From positions 2,304,001 to 2,368,000 of the forward strand of contig OZ244070.1 in NCBI GenBank assembly GCA_965215605.1: a stretch of DNA of 64,000 bases, read 5' to 3'. The translations under genes were made by a program, and so were the position numbers. Positions 1 to 10,714 of the stretch are shown piece by piece. The notes below the pieces were generated by a model, which was given only the letters and a program-made list of their open reading frames with translations, made no database searches and was not told where the DNA came from. This stretch comes from an uncultured Candidatus Binatia bacterium. Its GTDB lineage: Bacteria > Desulfobacterota > Binatia > UBA9968 > JAJDTQ01. Position 1 is the stretch's first letter. Each line of letters starts with the position of its first letter.

Positions 1-230
1 TCGCGCTGCAGCACCCAGCACGACGGGTCCACACCGGGGTAGGCTTCCCTGATGCGGTCCACGCCGTGGCCCACCACCACCAGCACCCGGTCGGGCTCGA
101 GTCCGGCGCAGGCGTCGAGGACGTGCGACAACAGCGGTTTGCCGCCCAGAAGATGCAGCACCTTCGGGGTGGCGGACCGCATCCGCTTGCCCTGGCCCGC
201 GGCCAGGATGATGACTCCGAGCCCCCCCAT
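1..230 (-). CDS. glmU: GlmU-like nucleotidyltransferase, N-terminal part (runs off the window edge)
   Basis: Minus-strand translation from ATG at 230: [39 protein letters not shown], the GlmU/NTP-transferase signature. Not in the ORF track. Confidence 0.8.
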   Translation of the reverse strand, partial: MGGLGVIILAAGQGKRMRSATPKVLHLLGGKPLLSHVLDACAGLEPDRVLVVVGHGVDRIREAYPGVDPSCWVLQR

Positions 231-314
231 ACGCAGCGGAAACTATAACTCAAGGGCGGGTCCGTGGCCAGAGAGGCCAGGGTGGCGGCGAAACCGGCGC
301 CTACAGCGCCCACA

Positions 315-343
315 TTGACAAGCCCGTGATTTTCCAATAACTC
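315..343 (+). promoter_or_regulatory. Putative sigma70 promoter
   Basis: TTGACA, 17-nt spacer, TAACTC upstream of the 434 ORF. Confidence 0.4.
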
Positions 344-433
344 TTACCGTACTTCGAGACCTCCCGCGCCGCCGGAATCCGGCAGCCGCGTGCCGCACGG
401 GAGTCTCAATACGCTGAAGGTGGTCGAGTTTGT

Positions 434-619
434 ATGGAAGAACATTCGGGCTTGTACTATTTCATGGAGATCGTGACCAAACCCGACAACATTCCCATCG
501 TGGGCATGCTGATTCTCGTCCTGTTCTTTACCTGGGTCGGCCTGAAGCAAGCGATGAAGAACGACAGGCTGATCGATGAGGGCCGAGAGGACGAAATCTC
601 TGACCAGATGTGGAAGTAG
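434..619 (+). CDS. Small membrane protein, 61 aa
   Basis: One hydrophobic helix following a KPDNIPIVG motif; reminiscent of segments in cytochrome b-associated proteins of some lineages. Confidence 0.65.
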   Translation: MEEHSGLYYFMEIVTKPDNIPIVGMLILVLFFTWVGLKQAMKNDRLIDEGREDEISDQMWK

Positions 620-1442
620 GGGCCGGGGGCCGCGGTTTCTGTCCGTACTGATCGCGGTTGCGATCCTGAGCATTTGCGGAGAAGCGCGTTCCGCCCTGGT
701 CGACGAAGAGTTGTGGCGGACCGGACGACAGGACTTGGCCGCGGGCCAAGTCCCGGAAGCGTGGGAGAAGTTCGAGAAGTTGCTCGAGCGATACCCGGAA
801 GAGCCGCAACTGCTGCAGGTCGCCGGCTTGGCGGCCCTCAGGCGGAGCGATCCGGAAACGGCCATCGCCTACGTGAGAAAGGCCGTGGCCCTTGCCCCGG
901 ATGACGCCGAGGCGCTGACGCTGCTGGGCTGGCTTGAGATGGAGGTGGCCAACGACGTCGACAAGGCCATCGAGTCCTACCGGAGGGCGGCGGCGCTCAA
1001 GCCCGAGGTCCCCGAGGTCCACGACAACCTGGGGGTGGCGCTCAAGCGCAAGGGAGACCTGGAGCCGGCCATCGGGAGCTTCTCGCGCGCGCTGGAGCTG
1101 AAACCGGACTTCGCGCAGGCCGTCGGCAACCGCGGTTGGGCGTTTGTGGAGCAAGGCAAATGGGAGGCGGCCCGGGCCGACTTCGAAAAGGCCCTGGCCC
1201 TCCAGCCCGAGGACGAGGGATCCCTTTACGGCCTTGCCCGGGTGCGCAAGGAGTTGCGCGACTATGAGGGCGCCCAGGCCGCGCTGGCCCGGTTGAGCCG
1301 CGAGTCTCCCAATTTCGTCTACTGGCTCGAATGGGCTACGGTCGGTATCATACGTTACTATTGGGTTTTCCTGTTGCTGGCTTTGGGTTTGTTCTTCCAC
1401 TTCCGGTACAAGGCAAGGAAAAGGGTGAAGGTCGATGGCTGA
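576..1442 (+). CDS. Tetratricopeptide-repeat protein with N- and C-terminal hydrophobic segments (start uncertain)
   Basis: Several TPR-like repeats (AVALAPDDAEALTLLG, ALELKPDFAQAVGNRGW) and a C-terminal TM helix. Confidence 0.8.
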   Translation: MRAERTKSLTRCGSRGRGPRFLSVLIAVAILSICGEARSALVDEELWRTGRQDLAAGQVPEAWEKFEKLLERYPEEPQLLQVAGLAALRRSDPETAIAYVRKAVALAPDDAEALTLLGWLEMEVANDVDKAIESYRRAAALKPEVPEVHDNLGVALKRKGDLEPAIGSFSRALELKPDFAQAVGNRGWAFVEQGKWEAARADFEKALALQPEDEGSLYGLARVRKELRDYEGAQAALARLSRESPNFVYWLEWATVGIIRYYWVFLLLALGLFFHFRYKARKRVKVDG

Positions 1443-1977
1443 AGCTGCAAAACGCAAGGGTACGGCTCTCCTGGCCGTGATGAACGAGAACTGCACCAGT
1501 TGCGCCGGGTCGCCCCTGTGCGAGGTCCACTGCCCGGTGGACGACTGCATCAACCTCCTCTACGAGGAGATGCCCGGAGGCGGCCTCAAGCCCTACCGGG
1601 TGTGGGTGGACAACGAGAAGTGCATCGGCTGCCAGATGTGCTACAGCGACGACCTCACCAAGATCCACGAGCACAAGACCACCGGCGTGGTCTACTTCGA
1701 GTACGGCAACCGCCTCTACGACGCCAACAAGAAGATCCTGGAGAAGGAGCAGGAGCCCAAGAAGAGCGAGCTCCAGCTCATCGGCACCGACTCGGAGGAC
1801 CGCCTCGACAAGAAGATCTGCCCCTGGGACGCCATCAGCATGGTGGAATACGAGGACGCCCTCGAGCTTTCCAAGCTCTACTACGACCCCGCGCTCATCT
1901 CCACCGAAGACGGCGTCTACTCCATCGGCGACAAGGGCAAGGAAGAACTCGAGGACCGGCAGATGGAGGGGTTCTAG
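1435..1977 (+). CDS. 4Fe-4S dicluster ferredoxin-like protein with insertion
   Basis: CTSC...CEVHCP and CIGCQMC...ICPW motifs. Confidence 0.75.
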   Translation: MAEAAKRKGTALLAVMNENCTSCAGSPLCEVHCPVDDCINLLYEEMPGGGLKPYRVWVDNEKCIGCQMCYSDDLTKIHEHKTTGVVYFEYGNRLYDANKKILEKEQEPKKSELQLIGTDSEDRLDKKICPWDAISMVEYEDALELSKLYYDPALISTEDGVYSIGDKGKEELEDRQMEGF

Positions 1978-1984
1978 AGATACG

Positions 1985-4702
1985 GTGAAGGATCTCTATC
2001 GTTTCTGGGGAAAGGCCCGCCCGGCATCTCTCGACAACGGTCCTGACTGGCATCCGCTCGCTTTTCACTGCCTCGATGTGGCCGCGGTGGGAGAGGCTCT
2101 GCTCACTCAACACCGAGGCCTTGGCGAGAGCCTCTTTCGTCTGCTGGGTCTGTCGCAAGAGCAAGCCGTTCCGCTGATCTGTTACCTCCTCTGTCTGCAT
2201 GACGTCGGCAAATTCGCCAAAAAGTTTCAGGCCAAGGCACCGGAACTCTACCCCGATTGTTTCGGTGACGACCCGCAGGGATTCCCGCATCGTTACGATC
2301 ACGGCGCCGGAGGCTTGCGCATGTTCGACGCCGGTTCCGATGCGTTCGGGCTGCCGAAGGCAACCGGCAACGATGTCTGGCGCCCCCTGATTTCCGCGGT
2401 CACCGGTCATCATGGCTCGCCTCCGCAGCCGGGCAGTGAGGAAAGCCTGATCACGTTGCGAAGCGATTTCGGGCGCGCTGGGATCGAAAACGCCCACCGG
2501 TTCATGCTGCAAGCGGGTGAGCTGTTCGCTGTCCCCGCGGATCTTCCCTCCATAGACCGCCGCCGGTGTCGGCGCGCGTCACACGCGGTCGCCGGTGTGG
2601 CCGTGTTGGCCGACTGGATCGGATCGAATCAGGATTGGTTCCGATATCGTGAGCCGCTTCAAGACCTTGAGGCCTACTGGCACTATGCCCGGGAACGAGC
2701 GGGATGTGCGGTGACCGACTCGGGCGTGCTGCCGAAAGTCATAGGCGACCATCTTCGTTATGAAGACCTGATCGGCGCCGACTCAGCGCCGAGTCCGATG
2801 CAGGAATGGGCTCTGTCGGTGGACATTCCGACCGGCCCCGCACTCTTCATGATCGAGGACGAGACCGGCAGCGGGAAGACCGAAGCCGCGCTGATGCTTG
2901 CCCACCGGCTGATGATGTCTGGCCGGGCCGATGGTTTGTACGTCGCTTTGCCCACGATGGCGACGGCGAATGCCATGTTTGACCGGCTCGCGGTGGCTCA
3001 TCGCCATCTTTTCGCGCCGGGCGTCGAGCCTTCCATCGCGTTGGCCCACGGCGCTCGTGGCCTGCACAATGGCTTTCGGGCCGCCGTCGTCAAGGGCGGC
3101 CGATCGGAGGAACCCTATTCGGAATCCGCGGAGTCGGATCAAGAAACCGAAACGACTGCATCGGCCTCATGCGCCACATGGATTGCGGACGACCGCCGCC
3201 GCACGTTCCTGGCCGACGTCGGCGCTGGAACCATTGATCAGGCGTTGTTATCGGTATTGCCGAACCGGCACCAATCACTGAGGCTGTTAGGATTGATGCG
3301 CCGCGTGCTTATACTCGACGAGGTGCACGCCTATGACGCGTACATGCAGCGTGAAATGGAGCGGTTGCTCGAGTTCCAGGCGGGGCTCGGCGGCTCTGCG
3401 ATTCTTTTGTCGGCCACGTTGCCGAGGTCGATACGGAAACGACTGACCGATGCCTACAGGAGCGGTTTGGGTGAGAATTTGAACGGTGGTACCGCCAGCA
3501 TGGACTACCCGCTCGCCACCGTCTGCGCCGCCGACGTTCATTCAGGCACGAAGGTGAACAGTCGAGTCGAGCGCGCGCGTTCGCTTCCTGTCCGTTTTCT
3601 CCGGTCTTCCGACGACGCAATGAGCGAGATCCATCAGGCGGCCTGCGCCGGCAAGGCCGTTCTCTACATACGCAACACCGTCGACGACGTACTCGACGCC
3701 CATGCGGCCCTGGAGGCGCGGGGACTGGAGCCTCGCCTCTTCCATGCCCGGTTCGCTCTGGTAGACCGACTCAACATCGAAAAGGAGGTCGTCGCGTTGT
3801 TCGGCAAACACGGCAAGTCCGCCGAACGCGCCGGCCAGGTGCTCATCGCAACACAGGTGGTCGAGCAATCGCTGGACCTGGACTTCGATGTACTGGTCAC
3901 CGACCTCGCCCCCATCGACCTGTTGATCCAGCGGGCGGGAAGGCTTTGGCGGCACCATCGTCCAGAGCGCCGCGGACAGCCGGAGTTGCGGGTGGTAGCA
4001 CCGGAACCCGTCGCCAACGCGGACGAGGCATGGTTCGGCCGGGCGTTTCCGCGCGCACAGTACGTCTACCGAGATTACGCCCGCCTGTGGCTGACGGCGC
4101 GGACGTTGGAGGAGGCCTGTATCATCGAGAGCCCTGGCGGCATGCGGACGCTCATCGAAGCCGTCTACGGGGAGGATGCGGATCAATGCCTGCCGGGCGA
4201 ATTGCAGGGCAGCTTTTTCGACGCAGAGGGCAGGGCAGGCGCGGAGCGAGGTGTGGCGACGACCAACGTCCTGGACCTGGGCAAGGGTTATGTGCGGGAC
4301 GGCGGCGCCTGGGACAGAGATGTCCGAACGCCGACCCGACTCGTTGACGACCCACATGTCACCTTGCGGCTCGCTCGTGTCCGCGACGGCCGGATTGAAC
4401 CCTATGCCCACGGTGACGCTCCTCGCGAGCCGTGGGTCGGATGGCGGCTCAGCGAGGTGAACGTTGCGGCCCGGCGTGTTCGCGGCGAGGCCTTGCCGCA
4501 AGAACACGCTGAGGCCGCGCGAGTGGCCAAAGCGGACTGGACAAGGTACGATTCGGATAACATCCTTGTAGTGCTTGAGGAGACCGGTGTCCCCGGTGCT
4601 CCTCTGCGAGGGAAGGCGGTTTCCGGGAGCGAGCCTCAACGAGAAGTTCTCCTGAACTATGACTCCCGGAAGGGAGTGACGTGGGAGAAGAACGAAGAAT
4701 GA
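1985..4702 (+). CDS. cas3: CRISPR-associated HD nuclease/helicase Cas3
   Basis: HCLDVAAV, LHDVGK, GHHG, LADW (HD domain); ETGSGKT, DEVH, LSAT, QVVEQSLDLDFD, QRAGRLWRH (SF2 helicase). Confidence 0.97.
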   Translation: MKDLYRFWGKARPASLDNGPDWHPLAFHCLDVAAVGEALLTQHRGLGESLFRLLGLSQEQAVPLICYLLCLHDVGKFAKKFQAKAPELYPDCFGDDPQGFPHRYDHGAGGLRMFDAGSDAFGLPKATGNDVWRPLISAVTGHHGSPPQPGSEESLITLRSDFGRAGIENAHRFMLQAGELFAVPADLPSIDRRRCRRASHAVAGVAVLADWIGSNQDWFRYREPLQDLEAYWHYARERAGCAVTDSGVLPKVIGDHLRYEDLIGADSAPSPMQEWALSVDIPTGPALFMIEDETGSGKTEAALMLAHRLMMSGRADGLYVALPTMATANAMFDRLAVAHRHLFAPGVEPSIALAHGARGLHNGFRAAVVKGGRSEEPYSESAESDQETETTASASCATWIADDRRRTFLADVGAGTIDQALLSVLPNRHQSLRLLGLMRRVLILDEVHAYDAYMQREMERLLEFQAGLGGSAILLSATLPRSIRKRLTDAYRSGLGENLNGGTASMDYPLATVCAADVHSGTKVNSRVERARSLPVRFLRSSDDAMSEIHQAACAGKAVLYIRNTVDDVLDAHAALEARGLEPRLFHARFALVDRLNIEKEVVALFGKHGKSAERAGQVLIATQVVEQSLDLDFDVLVTDLAPIDLLIQRAGRLWRHHRPERRGQPELRVVAPEPVANADEAWFGRAFPRAQYVYRDYARLWLTARTLEEACIIESPGGMRTLIEAVYGEDADQCLPGELQGSFFDAEGRAGAERGVATTNVLDLGKGYVRDGGAWDRDVRTPTRLVDDPHVTLRLARVRDGRIEPYAHGDAPREPWVGWRLSEVNVAARRVRGEALPQEHAEAARVAKADWTRYDSDNILVVLEETGVPGAPLRGKAVSGSEPQREVLLNYDSRKGVTWEKNEE

Positions 4703-6396
4703 CCGATCCGGTGACGGCCGATGCGCCGCAGGCCGTCTTCAACCTGATCGACGAGCCATGGTTGCCCATGAGGCGCCGAAGCGGCGTTATCGAGTACGTG
4801 CAGCCGTGGCGAGTCACCGAAGGGATTGCGGACGATCCGTTTACAGCCTTTGCCTGGCCGCGACCGGACTTCAATGGAGCGGCGCACGAACTCTTGATCG
4901 GTCTGCTGTCCACCGCCGCCGCGCCCGACGACGACGAAGAATGGAAGAACTGGTGGCGGGAACCGCCGTCGCCGGACGTACTGAGAGAACGCTTCGCGAC
5001 GGTCGGTCACGCTTTTAACCTGGACGGCCCCGGCCCGAGGTTTTTGCAGGATCTCGGTGCGCTCGAAGGTGCTGAAGACAAGGAGATCGCGGCGTTGTTG
5101 GTTGACGCGCCGGGTGCACAGACCCTGCGCAACAACGCGGACTTGTTCGTGAAGCGGGGAGGCGTGCCGGTGCTCTCCCGCGCGGCCGCTGCAATGGCGC
5201 TCTTCACGCTGAACGCCTTCGCTCCCGCAGGTGGTGCTGGCCATCGCACGTCGCTTCGCGGCGGCGGTCCGATGACGACGTTGGTCGTCACAGACCACTC
5301 CGAATACGGCGCCACTCTATGGGGCCGGCTCTGGCCGAACATCGAAAGCCGGGAACAGGTCGAAGCTCGCGCAATAGGTTCGAAGCTTGATGAAGATCCC
5401 GGTACGGTCTTTCCTTGGCTCATCCCCACCCGTACGTCCGACCCGAAGGCTGGCGGCAGACCGACGACTCCTGCGGATGTCCATCCTCTGCATGTCTATT
5501 GGGGCATGCCCAGGCGCATCCGATTGTTGTTCGAGGATGCCGAGGACCGCAGATGCGGACTTACGGACGTCCGGGACTCCGTGGTTGTGCCACGGTATCG
5601 AACCAGGAACTACGGCAACAACTATTCTGACGGATTCCAGCACCCGCTGACACCATACTACCGTCCGAAGCCGACCTCGGCGGAAAAGCTCGCCGTCCAT
5701 CCGAGTCCCGGTGGCATCAGCTACCGCCTGTGGCCGGGGATCGTCGTCCCGAGCAACGACAACCTTCGCGAACCTGCGCAGGTAGTCCGGCAGTGGCACC
5801 AGGAACGGTTCCGCAACGCCCTGCGAGCACGTTTCGTCGCATTCGGTTACGACATGGACAACATGAAGGCGCGCGCCTGGCTCGAAGGCGAGGTGCCGTT
5901 ATGGCACTTCGACGACGACGTGGAAGAGTGGCTTTGTAAGTTCATCCAGAGGGCGACCGCGGGCGCCGACACGGTGACTCGCTTGATGACCGGTGCCGTA
6001 AAATCTGCTCTGTACGATCGTCCAAAGGACGCGGACGGCGACTATGGCTTTCTCGCTGAACGTTTCTACCGTGACACGGAAGCAGAATTTTATGCGGCTC
6101 TCGGCCAGTCCGTGTCGATGATCCAGGCGGACCCGGACAACGACGACCCCACCATGGAGGTGCGCCGGGGCTGGGCGCCGGTGATGGAGAAGGCGGCCTT
6201 GCGCTTGTTCGACGAGTACGCTCCCTCCGACGGCCTGGAGAATCGGGACATGCACCGTTACGTCAGGGCAAGGTTCTACTTGGCTCTTGCGCTTCGCGGG
6301 CGTGGGAAGAATGGCAAGGCCCTGTTCGAACGCGACCTCGGCATTCCATCGCCGGAGAGTTCGCGGCCACGTGCCCGCAAAAAGGAGGCTGCATGA
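4699..6396 (+). CDS. cas8e: Type I-E Cascade large subunit Cas8e (Cse1/CasA)
   Basis: FNLIDEPWLP, FLQD, GGAGHRTSLRGGGP, YWGMPRRIRL, HPLTPY; ATG overlaps the cas3 stop (ATGA). Confidence 0.95.
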   Translation: MTDPVTADAPQAVFNLIDEPWLPMRRRSGVIEYVQPWRVTEGIADDPFTAFAWPRPDFNGAAHELLIGLLSTAAAPDDDEEWKNWWREPPSPDVLRERFATVGHAFNLDGPGPRFLQDLGALEGAEDKEIAALLVDAPGAQTLRNNADLFVKRGGVPVLSRAAAAMALFTLNAFAPAGGAGHRTSLRGGGPMTTLVVTDHSEYGATLWGRLWPNIESREQVEARAIGSKLDEDPGTVFPWLIPTRTSDPKAGGRPTTPADVHPLHVYWGMPRRIRLLFEDAEDRRCGLTDVRDSVVVPRYRTRNYGNNYSDGFQHPLTPYYRPKPTSAEKLAVHPSPGGISYRLWPGIVVPSNDNLREPAQVVRQWHQERFRNALRARFVAFGYDMDNMKARAWLEGEVPLWHFDDDVEEWLCKFIQRATAGADTVTRLMTGAVKSALYDRPKDADGDYGFLAERFYRDTEAEFYAALGQSVSMIQADPDNDDPTMEVRRGWAPVMEKAALRLFDEYAPSDGLENRDMHRYVRARFYLALALRGRGKNGKALFERDLGIPSPESSRPRARKKEAA

Positions 6397-6953
6397 CGAA
6401 CCCGACGGCATCCGCCAGGGCCGTTTCGGTCGCATTCGAGTGGTGGCGCGGGCTGAATCCGACGGATTCTGTGCCGTCCGGTCGCCAGCGGGCGGGCTCG
6501 GCGCGACTGCGGCGAGCCGCTACGCCCCTTGAAGTAATCCAGGAGCCGGAGGCGTTGCGGTTGATCGCGAGGCTGCCGCGTGACCCGGAGCGGGTCGCCA
6601 TTCTCGCGGGGGTGCTGGCCTTCGTGCGGGAGACGGAGACACAGCGCGTGGCCCGGGCCGTGGGCCGCACGGGGCTTGACGACGACAAGTCGGCCCTCCT
6701 GTCGGAAAACCGCTTTAGACGCCTGCTTCAGGTTCCTGTCTGCGACCTCCTGGAGCCGATGCGCCGGCTCGTTCGCATGACGAAGGGGACGCTCAACGTC
6801 CACGACCTTTCCAGTTCGATCCTGTATTGGAACGACGCAGTGAAGAAGCGCTGGATATTCGACTATTACGGGGTCGGTGCCGCAGGCGAGAGCGGTGCCG
6901 CGGGTTCGCCCACTCCTGACCGAATCGAAGAACGGGAACGCGACAATGGCTGA
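6393..6953 (+). CDS. cas11: Type I-E small subunit Cas11 (Cse2/CasB)
   Basis: WW...ARLRRA, LSENRFRRLLQ, W...YY C-terminal motif; operon position. Confidence 0.92.
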   Translation: MTNPTASARAVSVAFEWWRGLNPTDSVPSGRQRAGSARLRRAATPLEVIQEPEALRLIARLPRDPERVAILAGVLAFVRETETQRVARAVGRTGLDDDKSALLSENRFRRLLQVPVCDLLEPMRRLVRMTKGTLNVHDLSSSILYWNDAVKKRWIFDYYGVGAAGESGAAGSPTPDRIEERERDNG

Positions 6954-7998
6954 CTTTCTGCAACTGCATCTCCTTACCGCCTACGGTCCTTCGAACCTGA
7001 ACCGGGACGATACCGGTCGGCCCAAGAGCGTGGTCTTCGGCGGCGTGCCGCGACTGCGTGTTTCTTCGCAGAGCCTGAAGCGAGCCTGGCGTGCCTCCGA
7101 GGTCTTCGCCGAGAAACTCGAGGGTCACCTTGCGGCCCGCACACAAAGACTCGGCAAGGACGTTCTTGATCGGCTGCGGGAAGACGGTGCGGACGAGGAC
7201 AAGGCCTTGGAGATCGCGCGAACAATTGCAGGCATCTTCGGAAAGGTCAAGAGCGAGAAAGACGATGCCCCAACGTTCACGGAGCAGCTCGCTTTCGTGT
7301 CTCCTGGGGAACAGGAAAGGGCGTTCGCGCTTGCCGGCAGGATGCTTGCCGGGGAAGTTTCCGAGAAGCCATCGCCGGATGACTTGCTTCGGAGCGCCGA
7401 TGAGGCGGCCGATATCGCGATGTTCGGGCGAATGCTCGCCGACAATCCGAAGTTCAACCGGGAGGCGGCGGTGCAAGTCGCACACGCCGTCACAACCCAT
7501 CGCGCTATGGCGGAGGATGACTACTACACCGCCGTCGATGATCTGAAGTCGCGCGATGAGCTGGACGACGCGGGGGCCGGATTCGTTGGCGTGCAGGAAT
7601 TCGGCGCTGGAGTGTTCTACCTCTATATCTGTGTGGATCGGGAGCTCCTACTGTCCAATCTGGACAATTTGCAGCCTCTTCATGATTCGAGCTTGGCCGC
7701 CCTTGTCGAAGCCGCCGCCACCGTCGCGCCGGGCGGTAAGCAGGCGAGCTTTGCCAGCCGTGCCCGCGCATTCTATGCGCTCGGCGAGAAGGGTTCGGCG
7801 CAACCTCGCAGCCTCGCTGCCGCATTCCTGAAGCCGGTGACAGGCGACGACCAGGGCGTCGAGTCCATCACAGCCCTTGAGGAGTTCCGGGACCGGCTCG
7901 ATGGAGCCTATGGGCCGTGCGCCGATGATCGCTACACGATGAACGTTGCATCCGGTGAGGGGACGCTTCGGGATCTCCTCGCATTCTCGATCGGGTGA
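6946..7998 (+). CDS. cas7: Type I-E backbone Cas7 (CasC)
   Basis: FLQLHLLTAYGPSNLNRDDTGRPK, RVSSQSLKRAWR, DIAMFGRM, EDDYYTAVDD. Confidence 0.96.
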   Translation: MADFLQLHLLTAYGPSNLNRDDTGRPKSVVFGGVPRLRVSSQSLKRAWRASEVFAEKLEGHLAARTQRLGKDVLDRLREDGADEDKALEIARTIAGIFGKVKSEKDDAPTFTEQLAFVSPGEQERAFALAGRMLAGEVSEKPSPDDLLRSADEAADIAMFGRMLADNPKFNREAAVQVAHAVTTHRAMAEDDYYTAVDDLKSRDELDDAGAGFVGVQEFGAGVFYLYICVDRELLLSNLDNLQPLHDSSLAALVEAAATVAPGGKQASFASRARAFYALGEKGSAQPRSLAAAFLKPVTGDDQGVESITALEEFRDRLDGAYGPCADDRYTMNVASGEGTLRDLLAFSIG

Positions 7999-8002
7999 CG
8001 CC

Positions 8003-8722
8003 ATGCGCTTTCTCGTCTTCACCCTTTACGCCCCTATGGCTTCGTTCGGCGAGATCGCGGTGGGGGAACGGCGCATGAGTTGGGCTCGGCCCGGTCGGTC
8101 CGCGGTCCTTGGTCTCGTGGCCGCGGCCCAGGGAATCGACCGCGTGGACGAGGGTGCCCACCAGCAACTGGATGCCGGTCTTTACTACGCCGTTAGGACC
8201 GATGCGGCGGGCCGGCCGCTCATCGACTATCACACGGCTCAGACTCCGAAGGCTCGCAAGGGGCAGAGTTTTGCGACCCGGCGGGAAGAATTGGAATCGG
8301 ACGATATCAACACGGTTCTTTCCAGCCGGGAGTGGCGGGCGGATGCGTACTTCACGGTCGCGTTGTGGCCGCGACCGGAACGGGCCATCGACCTTGAAGA
8401 GATCGCCGGGGCATTGCGCAATCCGCGTTTCACGCTCTACGTGGGACGCAAGGCAGCGCCGCTCGGTCTGCCCATGGCCCCCGAGATCATCGAAGCCGAC
8501 ACCTTCATGGCAGCCCTTGACGCCCGACGGCCGAATGACGAGGAACGAAGCGTCTTACAGCGAATCGGTATCGACGGGGTGGAGCCCGGCGCCATCGCGT
8601 TCGACCACGACGCGCCCGGAGCGCCGGTGGAAACGCGCGTCGAACGGCGGCGCGATGCGGTTGCGAGCCGCGTCAGGTGGCAGTTCGCCGACAGACTGGA
8701 ACGGGTCGTGATTCCCCGATAG
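8003..8722 (+). CDS. cas5: Type I-E Cas5 (CasD)
   Basis: LYAPMASFG, PGRSAVLGLVAAAQGIDR, DYHT, LYVGRKA. Confidence 0.95.
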   Translation: MRFLVFTLYAPMASFGEIAVGERRMSWARPGRSAVLGLVAAAQGIDRVDEGAHQQLDAGLYYAVRTDAAGRPLIDYHTAQTPKARKGQSFATRREELESDDINTVLSSREWRADAYFTVALWPRPERAIDLEEIAGALRNPRFTLYVGRKAAPLGLPMAPEIIEADTFMAALDARRPNDEERSVLQRIGIDGVEPGAIAFDHDAPGAPVETRVERRRDAVASRVRWQFADRLERVVIPR

Positions 8723-8739
8723 TGCGAGGGTTGACGCGG

Positions 8740-9426
8740 ATGCTTTACCTTTCTCGCGCCCGCCTCAGACGCGATGCTTCGGTAAGCGCTCTCGCGCCAC
8801 TGCTGCTGGGAAAGACCGGAAGAAGCGACGCGTCGCAGCAACCGGGACATCATCTCGTCTGGTCACTCTTCGCCGACGGCTTCCAACGACAGCGCGATTT
8901 TCTCTGGCGTGAAATGGCACACGGCGTGTTCTACATCCTGTCGGCCCGTTGGCCGGAAGACCGACACGGACTGTTCGAGATCGCGGAACCTAAACGCTTC
9001 ACCCCTTCGCTTGCGGCCGGAGATAGCCTGGGTTTTGCATTGCGCGCCAATCCGGTCATCCGCCGCCGCCACGCGGACCGGCGGCGTTCCGTGAAGCACG
9101 ATGTCGTCATGGATGCACTGCGCAACTCGGAGGGCAACCGCGCCGGACGACGTCTGAGGGCCGTGCGCGAACAGGGCCTCGCATGGCTGGAACGGCAGGC
9201 AGGGAAGTCGGGGTTCGAGATACTGTCGGATGGCGTGCGAATCGATGGATACGAGCAACATCGCGTCACCCGCAAGGGGGCCGCGCGCGCACTGGAATTC
9301 TCAACCGTCGACTTCGAGGGACTGCTGACCGTACGCGACCCTGCGGCGCTTCTGACCGCCATCGGCCACGGCTTTGGCGCATCCAAGGCATACGGCTGCG
9401 GGCTCATGCTCATCCGCCGGGCATGA
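8740..9426 (+). CDS. cas6e: Type I-E Cas6e endoribonuclease (CasE)
   Basis: MLYLSR, HHLVWSLF, FALRANP, C-terminal GFGASKAYGCGLM glycine loop. Confidence 0.95.
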   Translation: MLYLSRARLRRDASVSALAPLLLGKTGRSDASQQPGHHLVWSLFADGFQRQRDFLWREMAHGVFYILSARWPEDRHGLFEIAEPKRFTPSLAAGDSLGFALRANPVIRRRHADRRRSVKHDVVMDALRNSEGNRAGRRLRAVREQGLAWLERQAGKSGFEILSDGVRIDGYEQHRVTRKGAARALEFSTVDFEGLLTVRDPAALLTAIGHGFGASKAYGCGLMLIRRA

Positions 9427-9518
9427 GAGCAGGCGAGTAATGACCGCGACTCGCGCCGACGCGCATGGCCGGATCGGGAAGGGCCCCGGCGGACCTCAAT
9501 GGGCGGGAGAAACACCCC

Positions 9519-10714
9519 ATGGAATGGCAGGATGTCCGACGCCGGATCGATGAGGGCGAAGACCGGCACACGGAACTCAAGCGGGGGCTGGGCGATCTGT
9601 CCGCGGTCGGGAAGGCGATGTGTGCCTTCGCCAACACCGAGGGCGGCCTTGTCATTCTGGGAGTCGAAGACTCAAGGGGGATAACCGGGGTCGAGGAGGC
9701 GGCCGAGAAGGTGCAGGAACGCCTGAGTTCGTTTCTGCAAACGGGTTGCAGCGCACCTGTTCACGCTCGTACCGGCCGCTTCGAGGATTCAGCGGGCTGG
9801 GTGCACTGGATTGAAGTTCCTCGGCAACGCGGGTTCGAGCCCCTGCGTTACGACGGCCGGGTGTGGGTTCGTCGCGGGCGCTCCAGCGTTGAGCCGTCGG
9901 CGATGGAACTACAGGAACTCTACAATGCGTTCGGGTACATTCTCACCGAAGAACGCGCCGTCCTCGATGCAACGCCGACGCACATCGATCTGGAAGCCTT
10001 CCGCTCCTATCTGCAACGCCTGGGGTTCGACACGACGGACGATCCGCAACCGGACAGTGTAGACGACCTGCGCAACCGGGACGTGGTTGTCGAGATCGGC
10101 GGCGACTTGCGCGCAAGCCTCTACGGAGTCCTGGCCTTCGGGAAGGACCCGCAGCGCTACACGCGGACGCGCGACTTTCGCATCGAATGTGTCGCGTATG
10201 CGGGCGACGACCGCGCGTCCGAGGTATTGCAGTTAGCCGATGCGGCGGGGCGTCTCGACGAACAGGTCGAAAGGGCGACGGGATGGTTTCTCGGGCTCGG
10301 CCGCTACGAGTCGTATGAAAACCTTAGACGCGATGACCGTTACCTGTTGCCGCGGCGGGCCATTCGGGAAGCGTTGGCGAATGCGGTGACACACCGGGAC
10401 TATGCGATCACGGGTTCAAGAATCCTGTTCGAGGTGTTCGCCCGTCGCGTGGACGTGACCAGTCCGGGGACGCTGCCCAACCACATGACGGTGGAACGAG
10501 TCCGCGCGGGCGCCAACCCGCGATCAAGAAACGAATCCCTGGCGCACTTCATGGCCGGTATGGGATTCATGGAACGGCGTGGGCGCGGTTGGCTGATCAT
10601 GCGCAAGGAAATGCAGGCTTTCAACGGCACGGAGCCGGAACTGCTCCACGATGAACCCAATCAGTTCGTGCGCGTGACGTTTCTTCTCGACCCCCAAGGT
10701 AGCGGGAGGACGCT

